Part shown: positions 35,106-47,747 of the stretch, piece by piece
Position numbering within the stretch: the stretch's first letter is position 1
Layout of the letters: every line of letters begins with the position of its first letter
Source of the DNA: Actinomycetes bacterium
GTDB taxonomy: Bacteria > Actinomycetota > Acidimicrobiia > Acidimicrobiales > RAAP-2
Assembly (NCBI GenBank): GCA_021801235.1
Contig: JAJYYG010000054.1
Span: 2,794 to 66,793 of the forward strand
Direction: 5' to 3'
DNA length: 64,000 nucleotides
Notes under the pieces: model-generated
What the model was told of the DNA's origin: nothing
The model's database searches: none
Seen by the model: only the letters and a program-made list of their open reading frames with translations
Program-made: the position numbers and the translations under genes

Positions 35106-35872
35106 CGTGGGCCCCCGTCGGGAGCCGGTCCCTGGGGTCCGAGGACCTTGCCGGCGAATGCCACCACCCGCTCCTCCACCACCGGGGCGTCCCAGTCCAA
35201 GGTGGCGACGTGGTAGCTGCGTTCGAGGAACACCCGCTCGAGCGGACCTCCCACCGTGCGCTCCAACAGGTCGCCGGACTCGGGTGCCACCACGTGGTCG
35301 ACCCGGCTGCTCAGCAGCAGGGTCGGGCACCGGATGTCCGCCAGCCGGGAGGCCACCTCATCGACCCCCCCGAAGAGGGAGAGGGCCGCCGCCAGTGGGG
35401 ACTCCGGGTAGGAGGACTCCACCGATCCCTCCTTGGCGATGTCCGAGCCGATCCCTTCGACCGTGCCGATGCCGTCCGCGAGCAGGCCGCGGATCAGGTC
35501 CCGGTACTCGTCGGCGGGCGGGTCGACCAGGGGGTTGACCACCGCCACCGCCGCAAGTTCGGAATGGCGCTCGGCGAGCCAGCAGGCGAGGGTGCCGCCC
35601 ATGGACAGGCCGGCCACCATCACCCGCTCGCACCGCTCGGACAGCGCGCGGTACGCGGCCTCCACCGCGCCCGACCAGTCCTCCCACCGGGTGTCCACCA
35701 TGTCCTCCACCGCCGTCCCGTGCCCGGGCAGCAGGGGCAGGTCGACGGTGAACCCGGCGGCGGCCAGCGCCTCGGCCACGGACCGCATCGACTGGGGGTT
35801 GCCCGTGAAGCCGTGGAGGACGAGCACGCCGCCCGGACCTCCTTGCGACGACCAGGGCTCGGCACCGGGCAT
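35102..35872 (-). CDS. Alpha/beta hydrolase (carboxylesterase / monoacylglycerol-lipase-like)
   Basis: [14 protein letters not shown] and the nucleophile elbow GLSMGG. Start is ATG 35872, or in-frame GTG 35887. The stop overlaps the gatC GTG (GTGA). Confidence 0.8.
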   Translation of the reverse strand: MPGAEPWSSQGGPGGVLVLHGFTGNPQSMRSVAEALAAAGFTVDLPLLPGHGTAVEDMVDTRWEDWSGAVEAAYRALSERCERVMVAGLSMGGTLACWLAERHSELAAVAVVNPLVDPPADEYRDLIRGLLADGIGTVEGIGSDIAKEGSVESSYPESPLAAALSLFGGVDEVASRLADIRCPTLLLSSRVDHVVAPESGDLLERTVGGPLERVFLERSYHVATLDWDAPVVEERVVAFAGKVLGPQGPAPDGGPR

Positions 35873-36186
35873 GAGGGGAGCGGTCACGACCGGGCATGCT
35901 ACCGGTGATCGGCCCCGTGCCGGCCCGTCGGGGCACACGCGGGTCGCAGACCACCGTGGCGGAGACGCGGGGAGGTCCGGCGACCCGGAGCGGGGCTAGG
36001 GTGAGCACCCGGAGGGGCCGCCGCTCCGGGAGGCCGTGCCGTCGGGGGCGCTGGGGACGGCAGTTCGCAGCCGGTCCCGCCCCACCCCGTCGGATGTCGG
36101 CCGCCGCGTCGGGCAGCAACCGGCCGGGGAACCACCGGCCGATCCGGGATCAGCAACCGACCAAGGAACCAAGGAGCAGCGCACCC

Positions 36187-36594
36187 ATGGCCCAGTACCT
36201 CTTCCTCAGCGACGAGTGGCTCGACGAGGCCCGGGCCATCCGTGCCGAGTACAACGGCAGCGGGGTGCCGGTCGCCCACTCGATCCGCATGAACCTGGTT
36301 ATCTCGGAGGTCCCCTTCGGCGACGGCACCGTCCACGCCCATGTGGACACGTCCACCGGCGAGCTGGTGCTCGACACCGGGCACCTCGACACCGTCGACC
36401 TCACCGTCACCCTCGAGTACGCCATCGCCAAGTCGATCCTGATCGAAGGGAACCCGCAGGCCGCCATCCAGGCGTTCATGTCGGGGAAGATCAAGGTCGA
36501 CGGTGACCTCTCCAAGCTGATGGTCCTCCAGGGCGGCACCATCGACCCGGCGGCCGGCGAGGTGGCCGCCCGCATCCAGGCCATCACCGAGTAG
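36187..36594 (+). CDS. SCP2 sterol-carrier-domain protein
   Basis: Re-called ATG at 36187, preceded by AAGGAG. 135 aa. C-terminal motif AAIQAFMSGKIKVDGDLSKLMVLQ. Confidence 0.8.
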   Translation: MAQYLFLSDEWLDEARAIRAEYNGSGVPVAHSIRMNLVISEVPFGDGTVHAHVDTSTGELVLDTGHLDTVDLTVTLEYAIAKSILIEGNPQAAIQAFMSGKIKVDGDLSKLMVLQGGTIDPAAGEVAARIQAITE

Positions 36595-36642
36595 ACCCAC
36601 CGGCGAGCACCCCGGCACCTCCCCACGGGCGGCCGCCTGTGG

Positions 36643-38289
36643 TCAGACGACGGTGTCCTGCCGGGCGCTCCGGGGGGTGTCCCGCATGAACACCCCGCAC
36701 AGCGCGGCGGAAGCGGCCACCACCGCTCCCACCACGAACGCCCGGTGGAACGCTCCGAGCGAGCCGATGCCACCGTGGGCGGAGGACTGGACGGTGACCA
36801 TCACCTGGATGCCGGCCACCACGCCGATCTGGGTGACGAGCTGCTGGGCGGCGCTCATCACGCCCAGCTCGTCCGCGCTCACCTCGTTGGAGGCAGATGC
36901 GGTCGTGGCCGGAGTGGCGATGCCGATCCCGGCTCCCGACAGCGCCAGGGCGACGAGCAGCACGGCCAGGGACGGGTGGAGCCCGACCTGGGTGAAGACC
37001 ACCATCGACCCGGTCAGGACCAGCGCCCCCACCACCGTCGAGAGCCGCTCCCCCACCACCACGGTGGCGTAGCCGGCCACCGGGGCGATCACCGAGAAGA
37101 GCAGGGGCCGCGCCGTCGACACCAGCCCCGCTTTGGTCTCGCTGTACCCGTAGATGCCCTCCGCCAGCAGCGGAAAGAGGAAGAACCCGCCCATGTAGCT
37201 GAAGTTGGCCAACGTCCGCGCACCCAGGGGGAAGACGAAGTTCCGCATCCGGAAGTAGCGCAGGGGGATCAGCGGGTGGTCCGTCCGGCGCTCCTGGAGC
37301 ACGAAGAGGACACCCGTCACCACGGCCAGGCCGAAGAGGGCGAGCGTCGGTGCCGCGGTGAACCCCCACGACGGAGCCTGGTTGAGCGCCAGCAGCCCGG
37401 CGGTGACCGCCCCGGTGAGGAAGAGGGAGCCGACCCAGTCGAGCGACCGCCACACACCGCTCCCCGCCGCCGCTCCGGCGTCCACGCCGGTGCCGAGGCC
37501 GTCCCTCGCCACACCGACCCCCGTCCCGTCCCTCGCCACACCGGCCCCCGCCACACCGACCCCTGCCCCGCCGGCCTTCGCCGAGCCCGCGGGCGCCGAC
37601 GCACCGGCGGCACCGGGGGCCATGCCGGCCTCCCCCGGACGGTGCCCGGGGAGCACCACCACCGCCAGCAGGGCAGCCACGGCCATCAGCGGCAGCTCGC
37701 CCCAGAAGAGCGCCCGCCATCCGTAGTACTGGATCACCGGCGCGCCCACCGTCACCCCGATGACGGGTCCTCCGGCACCCACCAGTGCCCACCAGCCCAT
37801 CGCCTTGACCCGGTCCTCGTGCGAGAAGACCTGGAGCACCAGCGCCATCGAGGCCGCCCCGGTGGCCGCCCCCTCGATCCCGTCGAGCAGCCGGGCGGCG
37901 ATGAGCACCCCGGCGTTCGGCGCCGAGGCGGTCAGGACCACGCACACGGCCGCTCCGAGGAGGCCCCAGAGGTAGAGCCGCCGGTAGCCGCCGAGGTCCC
38001 CCAGCTTGCCGAGCACCGGAGCGGCGATGCCGAACGCCAACAGCGGTCCGGTCGACGTCCAGGTGAGCGTCGACACCGACGTGTGCAGCTGGCGGGCCAC
38101 CTGGGGAAGCGCGACCACGAACACGGTGAAGGTGATGTTGACCGACAGCAGGCCGGCGAGCACCGTCCACAGCACCCACCACTGGTACCGCGACGACCCG
38201 CGGACCCGGTGGTGCATCCGGTGCCGGAACAGGACGGGCCACGGCACCACGATCCCCGCCTCGGCGCCCGCGCCCGTGCCGCTGAGCAT
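36643..38289 (-). CDS. MFS transporter (DHA2/EmrB-like, 14-TM type) with a Gly/Ala/Val-rich central insertion
   Basis: Re-called ATG at 38289 inside track ORF 36643..38922. Motifs: LGKLGDLGGYRRLY and LLDGIEGAATGAASMAL. The central loop is AGGAGVGVAGAGVARDGTGVGVARDGLGTGV. Confidence 0.8.
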   Translation of the reverse strand: MLSGTGAGAEAGIVVPWPVLFRHRMHHRVRGSSRYQWWVLWTVLAGLLSVNITFTVFVVALPQVARQLHTSVSTLTWTSTGPLLAFGIAAPVLGKLGDLGGYRRLYLWGLLGAAVCVVLTASAPNAGVLIAARLLDGIEGAATGAASMALVLQVFSHEDRVKAMGWWALVGAGGPVIGVTVGAPVIQYYGWRALFWGELPLMAVAALLAVVVLPGHRPGEAGMAPGAAGASAPAGSAKAGGAGVGVAGAGVARDGTGVGVARDGLGTGVDAGAAAGSGVWRSLDWVGSLFLTGAVTAGLLALNQAPSWGFTAAPTLALFGLAVVTGVLFVLQERRTDHPLIPLRYFRMRNFVFPLGARTLANFSYMGGFFLFPLLAEGIYGYSETKAGLVSTARPLLFSVIAPVAGYATVVVGERLSTVVGALVLTGSMVVFTQVGLHPSLAVLLVALALSGAGIGIATPATTASASNEVSADELGVMSAAQQLVTQIGVVAGIQVMVTVQSSAHGGIGSLGAFHRAFVVGAVVAASAALCGVFMRDTPRSARQDTVV

Positions 38290-38387
38290 GCGCTCCGCGT
38301 CGATCGCCTCGGCGTCGATCGTCCCGGGGTCATCGGCCCCCCGCCCGTCGGCCCCCCACTCGGCGGCGCCCGACCGGGCCCGACCGG

Positions 38388-39269
38388 TCAGGGGACCAGT
38401 CCGGGCATCTTCGCCTGGAGCTCGGCGATGGTCCACCGGCCGTCCTTCTCCAGCGTGCCGGCCATCGACCAGGGCTCGAACAGCCGGATCTGCCCTCCCT
38501 GGACGAAGTACACTCTCCCGCTCTCCATGGCGCCCTCGGTCGCCAGGTAGCCGACCAGAGGAGACACGTTGGCCGGGTCCCAGTCGTCGAACGCGCCGGC
38601 GTCGGTCGGTGGCCGGACGATCTCCGACAGGCCTGGCGTCTGCTCGGTCATGCGCGTGCGCGCCGCCGGTGCGATGGCGTTGACCCGCACCCCGTAGCGC
38701 GAGAGCTCGTCGGCGGCGATGGTGGTCAGTGCGGCGATCCCCGCCTTGGCGGCGCCGTAGTTGGTCTGACCGGGATTGCCGAACAGTCCCGACGTCGACG
38801 ACGTGTTGACCACGGAGGCCCGCACGGAGGCCCCGGCCTTGGCCCGCTCCCGCCAGTAGGCCGCCGCGTGCCGGAGCGCCACGAAGTGGCCCTTCAGATG
38901 CACCCGGATCACCGAGTCCCACTCCTCCTCCGACATGGTGACCAGCATCCGGTCCCGGAGGATCCCCGCATTGTTCACCAGGACGTCGAGCCCACCGAAG
39001 TGCTCGATCGCGGTGCCGACGAGGCGCCTGCCGCCCTCCCAGTCGCTGACGTCGTCCACGTTGGCCACCGCCCGGCCCCCGGCGGCGACGATCTCCGCCA
39101 CCACCTCGTGGGCGGGTGAGCCCTCACCGGCGTCCGATCCGTCGACCGACCCACCCGGGTCGTTGACCACCACCAGGGCGCCCTCGGCGGCGAAGAGCAA
39201 CGCATGCTCCCGTCCGATCCCTCGACCGGCACCGGTGATGACGGCGATCCGCCCGTCCAGTGCACCCAT
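38388..39269 (-). CDS. Short-chain dehydrogenase/reductase (MaoC-associated / peroxisomal-MFE-like SDR)
   Basis: Re-called ATG at 39269, preceded by GGAGGGGGAGGG. Motifs: ITGAGRGIGREHA, NNAGI, YGAAKAG. Confidence 0.85.
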   Translation of the reverse strand: MGALDGRIAVITGAGRGIGREHALLFAAEGALVVVNDPGGSVDGSDAGEGSPAHEVVAEIVAAGGRAVANVDDVSDWEGGRRLVGTAIEHFGGLDVLVNNAGILRDRMLVTMSEEEWDSVIRVHLKGHFVALRHAAAYWRERAKAGASVRASVVNTSSTSGLFGNPGQTNYGAAKAGIAALTTIAADELSRYGVRVNAIAPAARTRMTEQTPGLSEIVRPPTDAGAFDDWDPANVSPLVGYLATEGAMESGRVYFVQGGQIRLFEPWSMAGTLEKDGRWTIAELQAKMPGLVP

Positions 39270-39405
39270 GCTCCACCCTCCCCCTCCTGCGGCCCGGGCC
39301 CCGGCGCGGTGCATGGCCACGCCCGCAGTCCGTGCCCCCTCCGCCCGGCCGGCTGCCGGGCGGGCGGCGTGCCCCACGTTGGCAGGGGGCCGACCGGCAG
39401 GTCAA

Positions 39406-39433
39406 ACCCGTGTCCCCGCGAACCGCCACGGGT
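39406..39433 (-). terminator. Hairpin followed by UUU downstream of the methyltransferase gene
   Basis: The minus-strand RNA reads ACCCGUG-(14 nt)-CACGGGU-UUUG, beginning about 28 nt after the stop at 39461. Confidence 0.35.
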
Positions 39434-39460
39434 CGGACCGCGGAACGTACCAGCGCCAGG

Positions 39461-40579
39461 TCAGGCCCTTTCGGCCCCGGAGGCCTGCAACCGGGGTCGC
39501 CCGACCACCGAGCCCGCCCCGGCGTCCGCCATCCGTCGGGCGACCCGTCGCACCTGGCGGCGTTCGCCGGCCAGCACCACGTACTCGGTGTTCCGGAGGT
39601 GGGACACCGCCCCCACTTTCCGGCCGGTCGGGCCGTGGATCCCGATCCGGGCGCCGACGTACCGGGCGGAGTCGAAGGCCACCGTCTCCACGTGGCCCCG
39701 CGAGGCGCAGCACCGGTGGAGCTCGTCGAGGGAGAGCCACGACTCGTCGTTGTAGGACAGCGCCACCAGGTCGGCGTCGACGCCCCGGACCACCTCGTCC
39801 AAGGCGCCGGGCATCGTGCGGCGGCTGTTGAACGGGCTGCGCCCGCCGGGGTCGCGCAGGTCGTCACGTTTGCAGGCGACGCCGTAGTGCGCGGGGGCGT
39901 CCCACGCCACCAGGGTCTCCCAGACGTGGTAATTCGCCTGGTACCGGTGCTGGTTGTACGGCGGATCGAGGTAGGCCAGGTCCACGTGGCCGAGCCGGCC
40001 TCCGGCGACCAACGCACAGGCGTCGCCCCGCACCGCCTCCCCCGGGCCGGGGAGAAGCTCCGGCATCCGCAGCCGGAGCGGCCGCGCCGCCCGTGGCGCC
40101 CACTGCTTCAGGTACGCCATCTGCACGCCCACGGTCGAATCGACCCGGTCGGCCGCCTCCAGGAGGCTGGTGACGAGGATCGGCCACAGCGGCGTCCCGG
40201 AGAAGCGCTCCTCGATGGCGTCGCGCACGGCGTCGATCCGGGCCCCGTTCTCCGGACGGAAGAACCGGGCGCGTTCGCAGAACGTCTCGGTGACGTACCC
40301 GGGCCGACCGGCCAGCGCGTTGAGCTGGTCGATCGCCTCGGCGGCCTCGCGGACCAGCGACGGGGGCGATCCGGCGTCCGTGGCGATGTAGCAACGGGCG
40401 AGCACCGCCGCGGAGCGAGAGCTGTCCACGGCGACGGTCCGGATCCCGAGGCTCTTGAAGGCCTGGGCCACCCGGGTGGTGCCGGTGAAGAGGTCCAGCG
40501 CGCTGGATGCCCCCGCAGCCTCCGCCAACACGGCCAGGGCGGGCACCAGCCGCCGCTTGGAGCCCAGGTACTTGATCAC
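39461..40579 (-). CDS. Dam-type (D12 class) N6-adenine DNA methyltransferase
   Basis: 372 aa. N-terminal IKYLGSKRRL, SAM-binding DLFTGTTRV, catalytic DPPY (YLDPPYNQ). GTG start 7 nt after the upstream stop. I found no adjacent nuclease gene. Confidence 0.85.
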   Translation of the reverse strand: MIKYLGSKRRLVPALAVLAEAAGASSALDLFTGTTRVAQAFKSLGIRTVAVDSSRSAAVLARCYIATDAGSPPSLVREAAEAIDQLNALAGRPGYVTETFCERARFFRPENGARIDAVRDAIEERFSGTPLWPILVTSLLEAADRVDSTVGVQMAYLKQWAPRAARPLRLRMPELLPGPGEAVRGDACALVAGGRLGHVDLAYLDPPYNQHRYQANYHVWETLVAWDAPAHYGVACKRDDLRDPGGRSPFNSRRTMPGALDEVVRGVDADLVALSYNDESWLSLDELHRCCASRGHVETVAFDSARYVGARIGIHGPTGRKVGAVSHLRNTEYVVLAGERRQVRRVARRMADAGAGSVVGRPRLQASGAERA

Positions 40580-40586
40580 CGGCCGG

Positions 40587-40907
40587 TCAGCGCCGGCCGA
40601 AGCGCCGGGACCACCACTGGGGATCGCGGGCGTGGGCGTGGAAGTGGTCCGGGATCTGGCGCATCACCCGGTCGAAGGACCACCCGTCGGTCCCGAACCT
40701 GGCGTCGGCCACCGCGGCGAGCCGTTCGAGCATGTGCGCGACGTCGGCCTCCGGCGGCTCGTTGCCGTGCCGTCTCCAGACGACCATCGGCACGTCGCAG
40801 ACCTCGCAGTCGGCGACCCAGCAGGTCTCGTCCTCGTGGAACCACTCGGTGATCCGGGCGGCCTCGCACAGCTCGCACCCGGCACCGCCGCCATCGGGGG
40901 AGCTCAT
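40587..40907 (-). CDS. 106-aa Cys-rich protein with a histidine-triad-like motif (mini-HIT-like)
   Basis: CELCE...CWVADCEVCDVPMVVWRRH...IPDHFHAHARD, that is CxxC plus CxxxxCxxC and an H-phi-H-phi-H-phi motif. The ATG overlaps the kinase stop by 4 nt. The family assignment is my pattern match only. Confidence 0.5.
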   Translation of the reverse strand: MSSPDGGGAGCELCEAARITEWFHEDETCWVADCEVCDVPMVVWRRHGNEPPEADVAHMLERLAAVADARFGTDGWSFDRVMRQIPDHFHAHARDPQWWSRRFGRR

Positions 40908-43117
40908 ATCGTGTCGAGCACCACCGTGGTGCCCGGGAGGACCTGGGTCCCGGCCGACGGATCACAGAAGACCACGATGCCCGATCCGGACGGCCCGTAG
41001 GTGGTCACCTTGAGGCCCAGCGCCTCGAGCTCGCTGACGGCCGAGGAGACACCGGAGTACAGCACGTCGGGGATGGTGACCGGCTGGGGTCCCTTCGACA
41101 CGTCGACGGTCACGGTGGAGCCGAACGGGACCGGGCCGGCGGACGGGTCCGGGGACGTGCCGATCACCTGGGTGGCGGGGACGGTGGCGCTGTACTGGCT
41201 CGCCTCGACCGGGACCAGGCCCACCGCCTTGAGGGCGGCCGCCGCAGCCCCGTAGCTGCTCTGGGGGCCGGTGACCGTCGGGACGGTCACCGGGGCGTGC
41301 CCCTTCGAGGTGATGATGGTGACGGTGGAGCCGTACGGGGCGGTCGACGCCGGAGTCGATCCGAGGATGCCGCCGGCGGGGACGGTGGCGCTGTACTGGG
41401 CGGCCGAGGAGGGGCAGACCCCGACCAGGTGGACCGCCTGGAGCGCCTGGATGGCGTCGTGGCAGTTGGTGAAGGATGCGACGGACGGCACCGTGACCGG
41501 GGGAAGTCCCTTGGACACCACCACGGCGATGGTCGTCCCCTGCTTGGCCGTCACCACCCGGGACCCGTGGCGCGGGGGCGGCTGCTGGCTGACGATCAGC
41601 CCCGGACCGACGGTGATGCTGTAGACGAGACCGGCGCGGTGGAGCGTGAAGTGGTCGGGATCGACCAGGCGGACCGCGGCGGGCACCGAGCGCCCGACCA
41701 GGGAAGGCACCGGGTGGCTCGGGGTGAACAGCTGCGCCTTCACCGCGGCATACCCTCCTGCGCCGAGGACCACGACGATCAGGGCGACGACCAGCGCCAC
41801 CGTCCGCCACCGGCGCTTGCCGGTCCGCCCGGTGGGAGTGCCCGGACGGCGGACGATCACCGGAACACCGCTCCCCCCCGCGGTCGGCGGCGGTGCGGTG
41901 GGGACCCGTGCCACCCGGGCCGTCGCCACTGCCGGCGTGCCCAGCTCCGTGTGGTCGTCGCCCACCCCGGCGGGGACGCCCACCTCGGTACCCGTCCCGA
42001 GCTCGGTCGGCGGGGCCGGGTCGTCGGTGCCGATCGGGTCGTCGGTGCCGATCGGCTCGGAGGGCGTGGTCGGGTCGCCGGTACCGATCGGCTTAGAGAG
42101 CGTGGTCGCGTCGGACCAGCCGGTCCCGATCTCGGTGCGGTCGAAGGCGCCCCCGGCACGGACCCCGGTCACGAACCCGAACGGAACCGTCAGACCCTCC
42201 GACGCCTCCTCCCCTCCCGGTTCGGAGGATCCGCCCCGGTCGCCCCTCCCGGCAGGAGCCCCCGTCGTCTGGAGCGCGAGCGGTTCCGGATCGGGCAGCG
42301 AGGAGGCCAGCGCCCGGAGCCGTGCCCCGAACGCCGCCGAGTCGTCGCGTTCGCCGGGGTCGGGGGCGGTCGCCCGCGCCAGCACCTCGTTGAGCGGTCC
42401 GAGCGCGTCGTGGACGGGGAGCAGGGCCCCCACCCGGGCCATCAGGGTGGCGAGCGTGGTGTCACCGGAGAACGGAGCCTGGCCGGTCACTCCTTCGTAG
42501 AGCACGATGGCCAGGGCGTAGACGTCCGCCTTCCCGTCGAGCGCACGCCCCTCGGCCTGCTCGGGGGCGGCGTACCGGGCCGTGCCGAGGACCGCCCCCT
42601 GCGGCTCCGTCCACGCCGCCTCGGCCAGGGCGCGCGCCAGCCCGAAGTCGGCGATCCGGAGCCGCTCGTCCCCGTCGAACAGGATGTTCGCCGGCTTGAT
42701 GTCACGGTGCACCAGACCGCGCCGGTGGGCGTAGACCAGGCCGGCGCAGGCCTCGACACCCACCCGGACCGCCTGCTCCGGTGTGAGGCGGCCTCCGGCG
42801 TCGTAGATCTGGCGGAGGCTGCCGCCGGCAAGGTACTCGAGCACCAGGAACGGCGTCCGGTCCTCCTCACCCCAGTCGTAGACCTGCAGGACGTTCGGGT
42901 GGTTCAACGCGGCGACCACCCTCGCCTCCGCCCGGAACCGCTTCAGGAAGGAGGCGTCCCCGGCCAGCCCCGGATGCAGGAGCTTGATGGCGACGCTCCG
43001 GTGCAACGACAGGTCCTCGGCCAGGAACACCCGCGCGGACGCGCCCGTCCCCAACGGGGTCACCAGTCGGTAGCGGGCCCCGAGGGTCCGTCCGATGGGT
43101 TCTGTGACGCTCGTCAT
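40904..43117 (-). CDS. Ser/Thr protein kinase with extracellular PASTA repeats (PknB-like)
   Basis: 737 aa. Kinase motifs are HRDIKPANIL, DFGLA and APEQ. A Pro/Gly/Thr-rich linker with repeated PIGTDDP follows, then one TM segment (VALVVALIVVVLGAGGYAAV) and about four PASTA-like modules. Confidence 0.9.
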   Translation of the reverse strand: MTSVTEPIGRTLGARYRLVTPLGTGASARVFLAEDLSLHRSVAIKLLHPGLAGDASFLKRFRAEARVVAALNHPNVLQVYDWGEEDRTPFLVLEYLAGGSLRQIYDAGGRLTPEQAVRVGVEACAGLVYAHRRGLVHRDIKPANILFDGDERLRIADFGLARALAEAAWTEPQGAVLGTARYAAPEQAEGRALDGKADVYALAIVLYEGVTGQAPFSGDTTLATLMARVGALLPVHDALGPLNEVLARATAPDPGERDDSAAFGARLRALASSLPDPEPLALQTTGAPAGRGDRGGSSEPGGEEASEGLTVPFGFVTGVRAGGAFDRTEIGTGWSDATTLSKPIGTGDPTTPSEPIGTDDPIGTDDPAPPTELGTGTEVGVPAGVGDDHTELGTPAVATARVARVPTAPPPTAGGSGVPVIVRRPGTPTGRTGKRRWRTVALVVALIVVVLGAGGYAAVKAQLFTPSHPVPSLVGRSVPAAVRLVDPDHFTLHRAGLVYSITVGPGLIVSQQPPPRHGSRVVTAKQGTTIAVVVSKGLPPVTVPSVASFTNCHDAIQALQAVHLVGVCPSSAAQYSATVPAGGILGSTPASTAPYGSTVTIITSKGHAPVTVPTVTGPQSSYGAAAAALKAVGLVPVEASQYSATVPATQVIGTSPDPSAGPVPFGSTVTVDVSKGPQPVTIPDVLYSGVSSAVSELEALGLKVTTYGPSGSGIVVFCDPSAGTQVLPGTTVVLDTI

Positions 43118-43202
43118 CGATCTGCACAGAGGCTACCGATCGCGGACCGTTCCGCGGTGGAGGGTCCCGTCCAGCGGTCCCACACCGGACGCGCCCGCCG
43201 GT

Positions 43203-46406
<3,204 letters not shown>

Positions 46407-47615
46407 CTAGTTTCGCAGCCGGGCGACCGCATCCCCGACGGCGGCCACGGCACGGTCGATCTCGGCGGCTGTCGAGCCCGGCCCCAGGGAGAACCGGACC
46501 CCGCTGGACGCTGCCGGGCCCTCGAACCCCATGGACGAGAGCACGTGGCTCGGGCCTACCGCCCCGCTCGAGCACGCCGCTCCGGCCGACACGGAGACGC
46601 CCAACTGGTCGAGCAGCACCACCATGGCCTCCCCCTCGATCCCAGCGAACCGTAGGTGGACCGTGCCGGGCACCCTCCGGTCCCGGTCCCCGGTCTCCCC
46701 CACCTCTCCGACGGCGGCGGCGACCCCGTCGGCCAACCGATCGCGGAGCGCGGTGACGGCCGGGCCACGGGCACCGAGGTCGCCCACCGCCACCTCGAGT
46801 GCGGCGGCCATGCCCACGATCCCGGCGACGTTCAAGGTGCCACTGCGCCGGTCGCGCTCTTGGCCCCCGCCCCGGGCGACCGGCCGGAGCGGGGTCCCGT
46901 CCCGGACGAGCAGCGCTCCGACGCCCTGGGGACCGCCGAACTTGTGGGCACTGACGGAGACCAGGTCGGCCAGCGCCGCGATCGGTGCCAGGTCCATCCA
47001 CGGAGCGGCCTGGACGGCGTCGGAGTGCAGCACCGCCCCCGGGGCACCCTGGCGCGCGATCGCCGCCACCTCCGCCAGGGGCTGCACCGTCCCGATCTCG
47101 TTGTTGACCGCCATCACCGACACCAGCAGCACGTCCGGCGTGCACGCCTGCTCCAGGGCCGCGAGGTCCACCACGCCGCTCCGATCGGTCGGCACCTCCC
47201 GCAGCTCGATCCCGTGCCGGGTCGCAGCGGCCCGGCAGGCCTCCAGCACCGCATGGTGCTCCATCGCCGCGCAGACCACCGTCCCGGTGCCGGTGCCGGA
47301 CGGGGGCGGGGTCCGGTGCACGGGCCGGGTCGGGCGGGACCGGGACGAGGGGTCGGCCAGCACCGCCTCGAGTACGCCCGCCACCGCCAGGTTGTCCGAC
47401 TCGGTACCGCCCCCGGTGAACACGACCTCTCCGAACTCCACCCCGACGAGAGCGGCGATCCGCTCCCGGGCCCCGTCCACCGCCTGGCGGGCCCTACGGG
47501 CATCCGCGTGCACCCCGGACGCGTTCCCCGCCGGACCGGTGAGGAACGGGAGCATGGCGTCGACGGCCGCGGGGACCATCGGTGTCGTGGCCGCGTGGTC
47601 GAGGTAGACGCGCAT
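46407..47615 (-). CDS. iscS: Cysteine desulfurase (IscS/NifS class)
   Basis: Re-called ATG at 47615 (MRVYLDHAATTP). PLP lysine in VSAHKFGGPQGVGALLVR. Active-site loop SAGAACSSG. Confidence 0.9.
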   Translation of the reverse strand: MRVYLDHAATTPMVPAAVDAMLPFLTGPAGNASGVHADARRARQAVDGARERIAALVGVEFGEVVFTGGGTESDNLAVAGVLEAVLADPSSRSRPTRPVHRTPPPSGTGTGTVVCAAMEHHAVLEACRAAATRHGIELREVPTDRSGVVDLAALEQACTPDVLLVSVMAVNNEIGTVQPLAEVAAIARQGAPGAVLHSDAVQAAPWMDLAPIAALADLVSVSAHKFGGPQGVGALLVRDGTPLRPVARGGGQERDRRSGTLNVAGIVGMAAALEVAVGDLGARGPAVTALRDRLADGVAAAVGEVGETGDRDRRVPGTVHLRFAGIEGEAMVVLLDQLGVSVSAGAACSSGAVGPSHVLSSMGFEGPAASSGVRFSLGPGSTAAEIDRAVAAVGDAVARLRN

Positions 47616-47747
47616 GGGACCAGTGTGGCAAACAACCACGGTCACGGGCTGCACGAGGCCGGTCGGTGGTCAGCCAGCGGGGTCGGGGTCGGGATCGGGG
47701 GCCGGACGGGGTCGGTGCCGGCCGGGGCCAGACGGGGGGTCGACCGG

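Noticed and set aside
39270-43200. A restriction endonuclease partner for the Dam-type methyltransferase, which would make a type II R-M system.
   Set aside because: The neighbours are an SDR, the mini-HIT-like ORF and a PASTA kinase. No PD-(D/E)xK, HNH or GIY-YIG-like ORF is present within several kb, so I treat the methyltransferase as orphan pending a whole-genome search.
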